Source: Octopus bimaculoides
Taxonomy: Eukaryota
Length of the DNA stretch: 64,000 nucleotides
Direction: 5' to 3'
Assembly (NCBI RefSeq): GCF_001194135.2
Contig: NC_068992.1
Coordinates: 59,067,735 to 59,131,734 of the forward strand
Under the pieces are notes generated by a model. The model saw only the letters and a list, made by a program, of their open reading frames with translations. It made no database searches and had not been told where the DNA came from. This document shows positions 1 to 12,109 of the stretch, one piece after another. Within the stretch, counting starts at the first letter, position 1, and the number at the start of each line of letters is the position of its first letter. Made by a program: the position numbers and the translations under genes.

Positions 1-160
1 CATATCAATCACTAGGTCCCCCACTATCATATCAATCACTAGGTCCCCCACTATCATATCAATCACTAGGTCCCCCACTATCATATCAATCACTAGGTCC
101 CCCACTATCATATCAATCACTAAGTCTCCCACTATCATATCAATCACTAGGTCCCCCACT
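1..160. repeat. 27-bp minisatellite (CATATCAATCACTAGGTCCCCCACTAT) x ~6, truncated by the window start
   Basis: Units start at 1, 28, 55, 82, 109 (variant TAAGTCTCC) and 136; head-to-tail with no spacers. Confidence 0.95.
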
Positions 161-419
161 TAATTATTCTGCTTCCTTCGTCGTTGTAACAAAAAGACAA
201 TCTTCATTCATGGTGCACTCTCGTTACCCAGGTCGATTTCATGGACCTTTATTTCCACCTTTGCCCCACCCTTCCGTTCATCCACCCTACCCACAATCAT
301 CTTCCTTTGTCTCTCACTAGTCTCCATTTCTTGTTACTGCTCTAGCGCAGTATCGTACGTGATTTCGAATCCTTCAATCTCAACGCATCCCACCCGACAT
401 TTACATGTTCCAAAATGTT

Positions 420-885
420 TATAATCTCCTTGTTCATAATCGTTCTCTAGTCCCCACACCGTACAGGATATGAGATCCTTTTTTCGTCTTCCTCCCGCTG
501 TCTTATCTGTCACTCCTCCAATGCCATCACCTCACTGGGCTCAGCTACCATTCCTTCCACATAAATTACCCCTTCACCTACTCCTCTATCACTTATACCT
601 ATTACTTAACATACTCCTTCTATAACTCCCTATATATCGGACAGACAGTTGGCCCGTTTTCCTAGGAGCGTCACTGAACGTTTTCCGAACATCTGCCACG
701 AAACTTTAGTGTCTCATTTCACGCCATTTCCTCTCTGCAGATTACCCCATCCGGCGTTTCTTCATGCTTGGTTTATTCTGGAATCACGAATCCAGCTCAA
801 ACGAGCACTCATCTTTATTGTCCAAAGATTTAGCCCGATGGATTCAACCACAGAATTTCCTTTACTTTCAAATGCATATCACCGC
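420..885 (+). mobile_element. Penelope-like element remnant, GIY-YIG endonuclease region
   Basis: Manual translation: NLLVH (~425), RCLICH (496-513), FTYSSITYTYYLTYSFYNSLYIGQT (573-647), then frameshifted RF.EHL, VSHF and LIF. The order matches the PLE motif FTCxSxNxIYCIxCxxCxxLYIGET...RFxEHL...HF...LIF. Strongly G-poor plus strand. Confidence 0.65.
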
Positions 886-1194
886 TTTCTACACACGTGA
901 GACATATATACACACTCATTCGAACCTAGACGCAAGAAAAATACAAATACAATAATATATGAACAAACACACATGTATCATATTTTCTTCTCACAAATAC
1001 CAAAGGCATAAACACGCACACATTGTTACACATATCTTGCATTACACTAATGCAACACTTCCATAGACACACCCATCACATCACACACAGCCAATCATAT
1101 ACACTCAAATGACACTTTACATGCATACATACACAATTATATGCACAATGGGGATATTCATGAATTTTTCTACCAGACTATCAGATGTCCATAT

Positions 1195-2420
1195 ATAAGA
1201 TTGGGTGAAAGTCTTGTTGCAACTTTTTTACATAATTGCTTTGAAGATACTTTTCAGTACTCACAGTGAAATAAGCATTAATTTTCACATTCTAATGTTT
1301 CTTCTTTCATTCTTTGCAGATTACTTTATGAAAAAGCTCTTAAATTCCTATCGATTTTACCCTTCGAAAATGGCTTTAAATCAGACCCATGAAAAACGCT
1401 GTGTGTCGTATGAATTCAGAAGAGACTGTTCGGCAATGTAAATAGCAAGAAATATTCGAACTGATGATGGAAATGAAGTTTTAAGTGTCCGGACATACCA
1501 ACTATGATTTGGCCAGTTTCGTTCGAGAAAATTTATTTCTCGCGGATTCCCTTCAATTTGGACGATAAAGTTCTGTTGATATTGAGCTTCTGAAGACCAC
1601 AGTTCAAGAGATTCAATTATAATTCCATATCGGTCGTACAATAACTTCATGAACTGGGAAAATCGCCTAAACTTGGTCAGTGTATCCCTAATCATCTGAT
1701 TGTTTCTTAGATTAATCAGCGTTGCCCTCTGCACATCTTTGAAGAGTAGACTTGTTGTCGGACGTTTCCTGGATAGAATCATCAGAACTGTTGAAAATTG
1801 AGTATTCTCTAATCATATCCGACGGAAACGACAATGGTTAGCACCCAATAAAATGGAGAATCCATCACCAAGCCAGGGGTACACTCGAAAAATGTATGAT
1901 CTGTATTTGGTGGGATATGAAGGGTATCGTCTATCACTGAAATGTTAAATGAAACGAAAGAAGTTAATACGGAGAAATATTGTTTTCAATTGGAAGCTTT
2001 GCAAACTGTTTGAAGAAAACGTGCCCCTCGTTGATCATTCGTAAAGAGGTGATGTTGTTACGCGATAACAAAATACCACATATTGCTCAAGTTACTCTGG
2101 AAAATATGGAAGTTTTGCTTCATCCTCTTTACAAAAGTGATCTGTTTCCGTTTGTCTCTCATTTTAAAGATCCTTTTGAGATTAACATTATTTAGATGGA
2201 AAACAGTTCTTTAATTATGAAGTGGCTGGAAATGATATTGAGTATTCCTTTCCTCCGAAACCTAAGCCATTGTACGCCCAAAGGATCAGGAATTTTCAAA
2301 TAGATGGGATTATGTTGCCAATAATGAAGTAAAATATTATTTCATATCGATTAAGACCTATCAAGCATTTGTTTCTTTTACCTCTTGAAATACGACAGGA
2401 CTATCTAAACTAACACATCA
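1195..2420 (+). mobile_element. Degenerate mariner (DD34D-type) transposon
   Basis: N-terminal HTH-like CVSYEFRRDCSAM*IARNI...LSVRTYQL*FGQF (from ~1400), FLDRII, CIWWDMKGIVY, LLRDNKIPH (DNARPH-like), EVLLHPLYKSDL (HPPYSPDL-like). Many stops and frameshifts; ends approximate. Confidence 0.85.
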
Positions 2421-2469
2421 CTGGTCACGATACACTTCCCTTCTTCCTTTCATTACACTCCTCTTTCAT

Positions 2470-2790
2470 CTAAGTCCGAATTGCTCAACTTCCCTATCGT
2501 CATCGAGGTCTTCCAAATGGTCTCTTCCGAGTCTTAGATATCAGTCAACAGAGACAAAAGACGAACATTTTTTCTGTAAACTTTGAGACATATCCAGCCA
2601 AGCGAGGTTCCTTTTTGGTATTCCGCATAAACTCCACTTCATTTTCGAATTACCGTGTTTCGATTATGCTTCCGCAATGAAGTTCTTAGCACACTGCATC
2701 CACAGAAACATTTGTACCAAAGTAGGAAGACACACGAATACACTTAGTAACAACAATACATCCGTACATAAAAGGTCTCCAAAATACAAA
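2470..2790 (-). mobile_element. RTE-clade LINE, 3' ORF remnant
   Basis: Minus strand gives FMYGC ... LAGYVSK ... RKRPFGRPR*R*, matching the RTE C-terminal LLYGCE...WAGHVxR...KRPxGRPxxRW. Confidence 0.6.
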
Positions 2791-2830
2791 GGAATACTGA
2801 AACACATATGTATCATAAGGGTATAGTAGT

Positions 2831-2873
2831 ATACATACATACATACATACATACATACATACATACATACATA
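2831..2873. repeat. (TACA)n microsatellite
   Basis: Direct inspection. Confidence 0.95.
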
Positions 2874-3479
2874 GAAGTAGTCTGCTCCTACTCAAAGTTT
2901 GACCACTTCTTCAGAGATGTGCTTTTACCGTACATGAGCGTGTAAGTGGCTTTTCAGTTCTGAGAGCTTTTTGCCATTCGCATTATCAACAGTACAAATA
3001 TGTTTCACCTCAAGTGGATGTGTTGTTTATCTTGTCTGACTTGTGGATGTTTAAATACATATTTAGACAAGCTGTTAGAAGAATGTTGTCTCATATATAT
3101 ATGTGTGTGAGTGTGTGTGTGTGCGCGTCCGTGAGAGCGTATAATTATGTATATATGTATGTATATATATATATATATATTATGCACGTATATACATACA
3201 TACATACATACATACATACACAGAGGCACAGAGAAAAATATACGAACACACAATAGTACACACTCATTAACATTTACCTTCCTACATATGAAACTGTTTT
3301 CGTTCTCGCTTCAGACATTTACAAATAACATAAGACGGAGATACAAATGTGAGTGAAAATCCCGGCAGCAGTGACTGCGTTTAAATGCGATGTCTTCTAG
3401 CTTCGTCCTGTTGCTGTTTTGTTCTACTGTTACCGATTATTGTTTATCCTTTATCAGCAAGCCTCGCCCTCTCCTCTGA

Positions 3480-3900
3480 TATATTTAAAACCTTGCCGAA
3501 CTCCAGTCTCTCACTGGAGCGGTCAATAGCAATGCTTTCCCACACTTCGGCGTTCAAATACGAAGACTTCCTGTCTCTCTCTTGCAGATATGCTTATGAC
3601 GAAAATGAAGTTCTTCTTGCGTATTCTTGGCTATTCCCGATACAGCAGATCCTTCGAGGTCGTCCCATATGAAATACGATGTACGTGGCAAAGCCACCAA
3701 ATGCATCATTGTTGTATAAGGACGAAGTGGATGGATATCTGCGCATGATCCAGGACCACATTATTAGTGATTCTGTCTGTCCATCTCATGTACAGGATCC
3801 ATCTGCGGCTGCGCAGGCGAAAGGCGTTGCCGTACCGTCCCTGTCCAAAGTAGATCTGCCTAATCTTTCTACCGCAAGACAGTGTGCCAAAGAACAAGAT
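3480..3900 (-). mobile_element. RTE-clade LINE, C-terminal ORF remnant
   Basis: RRWILYMRWTDRITNNVVLDHAQI then RWLCHVHRI...SKDLLYRE, matching the RTE LRRILxIxWQDRITNxEVLxRA...RWLGHVxRM...PKDLLYGE. Confidence 0.85.
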
Positions 3901-5448
3901 CTATAGCCAGTAACCTATGTACCTACGCACATCCCCCCCCCCNNNNNNNNNNNNNNNNNNNNNNNNNNNNNNNNNNNNNNNNNNNNNNNNNNNNNNNNNN
4001 NNNNNNNNNNNNNNNNNNNNNNNNNNNNNNNNNNNNNNNNNNNNNNNNNNNNNNNNNNNNNNNNNNNNNNNNNNNNNNNNNNNNNNNNNNNNNNNNNNNN
4101 NNNNNNNNNNNNNNNNNNNNNNNNNNNNNNNNNNNNNNNNNNNNNNNNNNNNNNNNNNNNNNNNNNNNNNNNNNNNNNNNNNNNNNNNNNNNNNNNNNNN
4201 NNNNNNNNNNNNNNNNNNNNNNNNNNNNNNNNNNNNNNNNNNNNNNNNNNNNNNNNNNNNNNNNNNNNNNNNNNNNNNNNNNNNNNNNNNNNNNNNNNNN
4301 NNNNNNNNNNNNNNNNNNNNNNNNNNNNNNNNNNNNNNNNNNNNNNNNNNNNNNNNNNNNNNNNNNNNNNNNNNNNNNNNNNNNNNNNNNNNNNNNNNNN
4401 NNNNNNNNNNNNNNNNNNNNNNNNNNNNNNNNNNNNNNNNNNNNNNNNNNNNNNNNNNNNNNNNNNNNNNNNNNNNNNNNNNNNNNNNNNNNNNNNNNNN
4501 NNNNNNNNNNNNNNNNNNNNNNNNNNNNNNNNNNNNNNNNNNNNNNNNNNNNNNNNNNNNNNNNNNNNNNNNNNNNNNNNNNNNNNNNNNNNNNNNNNNN
4601 NNNNNNNNNNNNNNNNNNNNNNNNNNNNNNNNNNNNNNNNNNNNNNNNNNNNNNNNNNNNNNNNNNNNNNNNNNNNNNNNNNNNNNNNNNNNNNACATAT
4701 ATATATATACGTAACCTCTGTTCACTGGAAGAAAAAGAGAGTTACAATACAATTTATAAACATCTAATCATTGAAGTAGAAAGATTATTATCAGAAAATT
4801 CATTCGTATTCATATTTTAAATACACATACGCACACACACACACACACACAAACGCACGCACACACATAATTATAAACACACATATGTATATTCATATCT
4901 TCATACGTTGACGTGTATGAAAAAAAAAATCGATAAAAATCTGGAAACTTGTGTTAAACACCCTTAAACATATGATTATTACTTCACGTACATAAGTAAA
5001 TATTTCCAACGTGGATTGCTATATTGCAGTTCTTGTTCATTTGCTGCCAGGGAACTATTAAATACTAACACTAGACTTACTGTTTACTAGATATATTTAC
5101 CTTCTTGTCTGTTGCATTACACCTGCCTTATCACCTTCTCCATTAGTGTGGAGATTATACATTCCAGAATAATGACGATGGTTAATACGGCTTTTTGCAG
5201 AATAAAATACACGCAGATTGCATTTGGAAGCCATTTTGTTTTTTGCTGTTTGTGGCTTTCCTTTCTTCCTTAGGTTTTATCCCAGAGCATTAACGAAATT
5301 AATGTAACAAATCAATGTGGGTTAAAAGGGAATTACGATTAAAAAAAATATTTATTTACCAAAGCTGTGAAAACAATTCATGGCAGAAATAATCCTTGGT
5401 ATAAGAAAATATAAGCATAACATTCTAATAATTCGTGTGTTTATACCT

Positions 5449-5450
<2 letters not shown>

Positions 5451-5534
<84 letters not shown>

Positions 5535-5566
5535 ACACACATGCACACATACACACACACACACAC
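5451..5566. repeat. (AC)n microsatellite
   Basis: Direct inspection. Confidence 0.95.
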
Positions 5567-5629
5567 AGGGAAACACCCACACACACGTATTTGTTTTTAG
5601 CAAAGTTATATATGAAAACAAGTAAACAT

Positions 5630-5663
<34 letters not shown>

Positions 5664-5894
5664 TAGACACAGAGAGAGACATACATACATATCTTACAGT
5701 GGGACCTGTAACAAGACAGAACTCTCTGCATTCAATAAAACAGTCGCCCCATAATGTGTCTGCAGTGCCAGTATTCATACCAACATTTCGGCTGCTTGAT
5801 TCGACGCTTGATGAGATCTGAGCCATTGATGGGAAAACCCAAGTGATGTAGACGGCCTCTACCTAAAACGAAAATAAGGCGGCAGGGACTTAAC

Positions 5895-6065
5895 TCAAAT
5901 TTGTCCTTGTTCAGCAGCATATTATTCTTTTCCGCCCATTGAATGACCGCCAGTAGATCTGATTGAAGCCTTGTCCGGTCACCCACATCGTTGATGACCT
6001 TCTGGATCTTGGAATCATCTGCAAAGATTCTTATGTTACTGTGCTTGATGATGTCAAGAGAGGGA
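5895..6065 (-). mobile_element. CR1/L2/Jockey-type LINE reverse transcriptase fragment
   Basis: IRIFADDSKIQKVINDVGDRTRLQSDLLAVIQWAEKNNMLLNKDKFEL: FADD catalytic motif plus LQxDL..W...NxMxxNxxK. Confidence 0.85.
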
Positions 6066-7042
6066 GGGAGGGATGTATAGTAATTCTTATTCATATATGT
6101 ATTATTTGTTTTATATTTGTGAAAATAATTTAACATATTCAGAATTTCTAACATGGGAATACCTCTGACATGTGCTTGGAAAGTATAGTCATGATTATCG
6201 ATTTGGTGACTATTGATCCATGATTGGTTTGGAGGTAAATATATCAGTCCTCGTTCATCACAAATGTTCAGCTTCCTAGAAAAAAAAAAAAAACGTGTTG
6301 AATTAATCAGCGGTAAATGAATAATAGAAAAATGGATGTCGATCCGATCCCCACAAGATGTGAACATTGTGGATGATCGCTGGAGCACCTTTCTTGCGGC
6401 CGATGCGGAATCTTTAACTGAAAGTCAATCCGTGTTGTCACAAATCAAATTGTGATATGCTTAATACGGTTCACAATGAGCATACCGTGTTATCCTGGAT
6501 CAGCAATGAATGAATCAGTAATAAACAAGGATAGATGTAATAATTATATCTTGTGGCAGCGACCTCAGTTAAACGGTAATAATAATTGTATGAATTGAAT
6601 CAACAACACTGTTTTCATTTCCGCTGGGATGCATATTAGTTCAATGACTTCATTAATGTTCTTAAGAAATTATTCCAACGTTATCCTCTCTAATTTTACC
6701 CTTTGTTATAAGCCTGAAATATTGCGAGTCAAAAATGAAAACTTATTTTTCGGTCGCTCGACATGGGTGAAATACCAACTATATTTTCTTTAAATCAAAA
6801 TTTGATGCCTCGTTTTTGAGGGTTTCTTTGTTTTTTGTTGTATTTTTCTGCTTTCGCTTTTGCTTTTTTAAAGAAAAAAAATAAGATAATGGACGAGATA
6901 ACCCTAGATATACAAATGACGCGAGATGAACCCGTTTGATAATAGGTCTGCACGGTCAGCGTTAACATGGAACTAAACAATAGCTACGACTGCAGCAGCA
7001 GCAAAAAACATCAGCAACGACATTTGAGGCGTTGTTCAGAGT

Positions 7043-7120
7043 CTAAAGTATCTGTTATTAGTTACGGATTGCGTAGAGGCGCTAAAGTATTTGTTATTAG
7101 CTAGGAATTGTGTAGAGGCG
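7043..7120. repeat. 39-bp tandem duplication
   Basis: CTAAAGTATCTGTTATTAGTTACGGATTGCGTAGAGGCG followed by CTAAAGTATTTGTTATTAGCTAGGAATTGTGTAGAGGCG. Confidence 0.85.
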
Positions 7121-8343
7121 CTGTAGAATCGAAATGAGATTCCAAGAGTACCAAGTCAATGACCTGTTCATATCTAATTATTGTTATTTCAGTTTAATCA
7201 AATCACCTATAGAATTGAATAAAGTCGTAGAGTGACAATTTTCCTTCTCGTTTTGATGCAGGTGAATTTCCTTCTTAAGAAACGCGAATGGTTAATTGCA
7301 CTGAACAACTAAATGCGATGACCATTGACAAAGCTATAGATATATTTAGAGGTAGAGAATATATATACATACATATATATATATGTATATATGTAAATGT
7401 ATATGTACATATATATATATATATATATATANNNNNNNNNNNNNNNNNNNNNNNNNNNNNNNNNNNNNNNNNNNNNNNNNNNNNNNNNNNNNNNNNNNNN
7501 NNNNNNNNNNNNNNNNNNNNNNNNNNNNNNNNNNNNNNNNNNNNNNNNNNNNNNNNNNNNNNNNNNNNNNNNNNNNNNNNNNNNNNNNNNNNNNNNNNNN
7601 NNNNNNNNNNNNNNNNNNNNNNNNNNNNNNNNNNNNNNNNNNNNNNNNNNNNNNNNNNNNNNNNNNNNNNNNNNNNNNNNNNNNNNNNNNNNNNNNNNNN
7701 NNNNNNNNNNNNNNNNNNNNNNNNNNNNNNNNNNNNNNNNNNNNNNNNNNNNNNNNNNNNNNNNNNNNNNNNNNNNNNNNNNNNNNNNNNNNNNNNNNNN
7801 NNNNNNNNNNNNNNNNNNNNNNNNNNNNNNNNNNNNNNNNNNNNNNNNNNNNNNNNNNNNNNNNNNNNNNNNNNNNNNNNNNNNNNNNNNNNNNNNNNNN
7901 NNNNNNNNNNNNNNNNNNNNNNNNNNNNNNNNNNNNNNNNNNNNNNNNNNNNNNNNNNNNNNNNNNNNNNNNNNNNNNNNNNNNNNNNNNNNNNNNNNNN
8001 NNNNNNNNNNNNNNNNNNNNNNNNNNNNNNNNNNNNNNNNNNNNNNNNNNNNNNNNNNNNNNNNNNNNNNNNNNNNNNNNNNNNNNNNNNNNNNNNNNNN
8101 NNNNNNNNNNNNNNNNNNNNNNNNNNNNNNNNNNNNNNNNNNNNNNNNNNNNNNNNNNNNNNNNNNNNNNNNNNNNNNNNNNNNNNNNNNNNNNNNNNNN
8201 NNNNNNNNNNNNNNNNNNNNNNNNNNNNNNNNNNNNNNNNNNNNNNNNNNNNNNNNNNNNNNNNNNNNNNNNNNNNNNNNNNNNNNNNNNNNNNNNNNNN
8301 NNNNNNNNNNNNNNNNNNNNNNNNNNNNNNNNNNNNNNNNNNN

Positions 8344-8698
8344 GTACGCAACTGGTACTTAATTCATCGATCCCGAACGGCAAAATCGACCTCGGCGGAA
8401 TTTGAACTCAGAACGTAACGGCAGACGAAATACCGCTTAGCATTTCACCCGGCGTGCTAACATTTCTGATTTCTTCATTGCCCACAAGGGGCTAAACATA
8501 GAGGGGACAAACAAGGACAGATAAATGGATTAAGTCGATTACATCGACCCCTGTACGTAACTAGTACTTAATTTATCGACCCCGAAAGCTTGAAAGGCAA
8601 AGTCGACCTCGGCGGAATTTGAACTCAGAAGGTAACGGCAGACGTACCGCTAAGCATTTCAGCCAGCATGCTAACGTTTCTGCCAGTTCGGCGCCTTA
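8344..8698 (-). mobile_element. Two abutting copies of tRNA-derived SINE family A
   Basis: Reverse complement has the head GGCG..GAACTGGCAGAAACGTTAGC (A-box-like), GAGTTCAAATTCCGCC (B-box), body GAGGTCGACTTTGCCTTTC...GGGGTCGAT and a tail, then a second copy starting at AGAAATGTTAGC. Confidence 0.9.
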
Positions 8699-8784
8699 GG
8701 TGGAATATATATTGTAAAGCATTGTGTCCTACGCTCTCATGATTCTTCTTGCTCGCTGCATTATTATCAAAAGAGTTAATAGTT

Positions 8785-8985
8785 TAAAATGTTGACACAA
8801 AGTCAGCAAATTTGGGGAGGGTGTTAGTCGATTACATCCATCCCAATCAGGTCGACTTTGCCTTTCATCTTTACGCGGTCGATATCATAAGTACCAGCCA
8901 AGTACTGATGATGATGTAATCAACTCCACCCTCTCCGCAAAATCTGCCAGCTCTGTACCAAAATTTGAAAACATCATCATTATTA
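8785..8985. mobile_element. SINE family A fragments in opposite orientations
   Basis: Minus-strand tail piece (~8785-8845) joined to a plus-strand body GGTCGACTTTGCCTTTCATC...GTACCAAAATTTGAAA. Confidence 0.7.
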
Positions 8986-9889
8986 TTATATCCTTTTATC
9001 TCAACTAAAGTTACCTCATTCCAATAAGCATTTATAGAACAGAACCAGTTTATATGAGTTTGAGTAGCTCCTAGAGATTGTCTCGTTAGCTTAATAGGTT
9101 AACGAGGTATTAAAAGTCAAAATCAAGTTGGATGTTTCACTGAAACTAAATTTAACTTCATCAATTTCCTTTAAAGTTCATTAGTGAAATTTAAATGTAA
9201 GAAGCCTTCAAAGCATAAATCCGACATTATCCGTAATTATACGTTGATGTTAAAATTTGCCCCAGGTTTCAACACTGTGTCGATAAATATATGTCCTTGT
9301 GCGTCTGTCTGCTTGTTTGTATGTTTGTGCATTTATTTATGTAGCTGTATATAAAATATCTTATTTGGTATACATACATGGTGCAATATTTAATTTCTTA
9401 AATAGACACAAAGCCTCAGCTTCGGAAACATCAGGTAATTAGATAGCGTAACGACTGCAGGGCATAAAAACATGTGCAAGTTAAGACGAATGATTCCAAT
9501 GGAAACCTAACTCTGGAAATTGTTTTGCTAGAAGCATTATTCTACTCTGTAGAACTTTTCCTTCTCAAAACCGATGATTTAATATCACTTATTTGGTAAT
9601 TTCCAGTGTCCTGAACAAATAAACTCACAAACACTATCAGTCTTGTGTGAATTCTCATTCCTAATTGGAACTGTTTCATTGCACACACGCACGCAAATAC
9701 GTACATTCATACATCTATGTATGTATGTATGTACATGCGTCATATAAAATTGTTCGGGAGATTTTATCAGAAATGTCTTCGCCACAAGTTCAGAATTAGC
9801 TGTTCTTCACTCATTCCCGACACTGAGGCTCTTGCTGAAGTTAGGATCACATGAATTTAAACTATTCTTATTAGGAATCAACTATGATA

Positions 9890-10140
9890 GACAGGCCATC
9901 TCGTCCACATGGATGTTGAGCACATTCTGAATCCAATGCTTTATAGCGAACTTATACTGGGAAAGAGTAAATAAAAAAATACTAAGCTGAAAAAAAGGTA
10001 CAAAGACGTTTTAAAATCAAATTTGAAATGCCTTTAATTATCTTACAATAGTCTTCAATCCCTTGCAGCAGATGGTGAAGTGTGGAGAGCTACGGTTTAC
10101 AGCAGTGTTAAAGATTTTGAGCTTGAGAGAGTTAAAGGCA
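9890..10140 (+). mobile_element. RTE-clade LINE 3' remnant
   Basis: GHLVHMDVEHILNPMLYSELILGK ... KKRYKDVLKSNLK resembles the RTE GHVxRMxDxRIPKQLLYGEL..GKR...KKRFKDTLK. Confidence 0.75.
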
Positions 10141-10172
10141 AGCTAAAATAAAAAGTAAATTTCGTAAAATGG

Positions 10173-10237
<65 letters not shown>
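10173..10237. repeat. (AAT)n microsatellite
   Basis: Direct inspection. Confidence 0.95.
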
Positions 10238-10538
10238 CTCTAGGAATGATAAAAAAAAAGGTACTGAAACCTATTTGAAAATGATACCAGGTTTACCATC
10301 CCTACAGGCGCCAGATCACCGGTAGTTTTAGACAGAATTAATCTTCGTTAGCGACGCTACTCCACTGCCTAGGAGTATATATATATATACGCCGTGTCCT
10401 CATGTGTATGTGTACATANNNNNNNNNNNNNNNNNNNNNNNNNNNNNNNNNNNNNNNNNNNNNNNNNNNNNNNNNNNNNNNNNNNNNNNNNNNNNNNNNN
10501 NNNNNNNNNNNNNNNNNNNNNNNNNNNNNNNNNNNNNN

Positions 10539-10616
<78 letters not shown>

Positions 10617-10617
10617 C

Positions 10618-11046
10618 ATAAGAAAAAGAAAATGGAGATTGAGAAGTTAATTATTATTTATTATTAACATCAAATTAATCATCATCCCTTTCAGCTGTTT
10701 CAATTACTACCCAGTAAATATTAAGTAAATATTAAGTTTATGTGACCTGAGCATAATACCTTCAGAGGGAAAAACAAAGAAAAAAACACACCCTAGGATG
10801 TTTTATATGTGCTCATGTATTGATTATAGCAGACTATTTCAGTCTGCTATAATGAATTCATAAACACATAAAACATCCAAGGGTATGTATTTTTTCCCCT
10901 TTGAAGATATTATGCTCAGGTCATATAAATTTAATATTTACTTAATGTTTACTGAGTATTAGTTGAAATAGCTGTAAGGGATGATAATTAATTTGCTGTT
11001 AATAATAAACAATTATTAACCTCCCAATCTCCATATCTTTTTCTTA
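10618..11046. mobile_element. Palindromic foldback / MITE-like element (~210-bp arms, 5-nt loop)
   Basis: Centre ATTATAGCAGACT-ATTTC-AGTCTGCTATAAT (loop 10836-10840); the arms align out to AAGAAAAAG..ATGGAGATTG / CAATCTCCAT..CTTTTTCTT. Confidence 0.85.
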
Positions 11047-11376
11047 TTTTATATGAATATAAGCTATTTGATCTTATATGATATAACCATTATGTTAAGA
11101 AAATAAATTACCCCAAAATACGAGGTATTTAACCAGTATTTCCTTGGATGAGACCATCCCTTCATGTGGTTAACATAACCTCTAATCGAATTTAAGTGTG
11201 TGTATATATATATATATATATACATATATATATGCGTATATAGTTTACATCGTAGGAATAAACTTTCAGATGTGAAGTCCGTTTTTACACTGGAACTCAA
11301 AACAAGAAGTAAATAAAGCTAAGAATAATAGCGTTTAAAAGTTGGGTAATGAACCCTTTGGATGGAAAAGGCCGAA

Positions 11377-11449
11377 GGCTGCAGGTGGGACACGAACTCA
11401 CATCTTCTGTAAATGTGACAGACGTTTTACTATTAAACTAAAGCAATCC
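11377..11449 (-). pseudogene. tRNA-like sequence (tRNA pseudogene or isolated SINE head), 73 nt
   Basis: Reverse complement GGATTGCTTTAGTTTAATAGTAAAACGTCTGTCACATTTACAGAAGATGTGAGTTCGTGTCCCACCTGCAGCC. It has a D-arm-like AGTTTAATAGTAAAAC, a 5-bp anticodon stem TCTGT/ACAGA with a 7-nt loop, and a T-arm GTGAG-TTCGTGT-CCCAC. The acceptor stem is imperfect. Confidence 0.55.
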
Positions 11450-12109
11450 TTCCAATTTCTCTATCCATTTTCTATCCAATTTCTCTATCCAATTTTGTTG
11501 TTACTATATATTGAAAAAGATATGAACATTACAACTTGACAATCTTGAACCCTGATTATGAAAAAAATCAATGTCTGTTAATTCATAAACGTAAGTAATA
11601 TATAGACTCTGTTTTTCGACCAAGAAACGCAGTAAAATTTTATTTATCCAAACATGCTTGACTTACTTCAAAGAACTTTCCATCGATAGAATCTCGAAAG
11701 AAACACTGCATGTTAATAAACCCCTTTGAAGCTGAAATATGCTTTAAAGACTCCAAGGTTAGCACATTCATTGATTCGTAGATGCGATCGTATATGGTTT
11801 TAAATGTCAGAATCGTTATTCCGTTCTCGTCAAATGGGTAGTAGACGAAGAATTCCGTTTCTTATCTTACGTTTATAAAACAGAGCTAACCAACGTGTTT
11901 ATTTGATCGATAATAAGCAGAAAAATTGATTTATTATCGCATTCCGATTGCCGAATATTATGTGTTAAAGTTTCGATATATCATCAATATCTTACCAACA
12001 TGAATGTTCTTGGATTGTGTAGAAAATTCACCGTGACAAATTCTGAGAGATCCCCTGCGTGTTGTTTTGAATGGAAGCAATGTTTGAGGTAATTTTTTAG
12101 ATCGCTTTT

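Noticed and set aside
1-160. 27-bp repeats as a CRISPR array
   Set aside because: The units are contiguous with no unique spacers, there are no cas genes, and the context is eukaryotic.
11555-11940. Possible old inverted repeat
   Set aside because: Matching 9-11-mers are not collinear between the putative arms.
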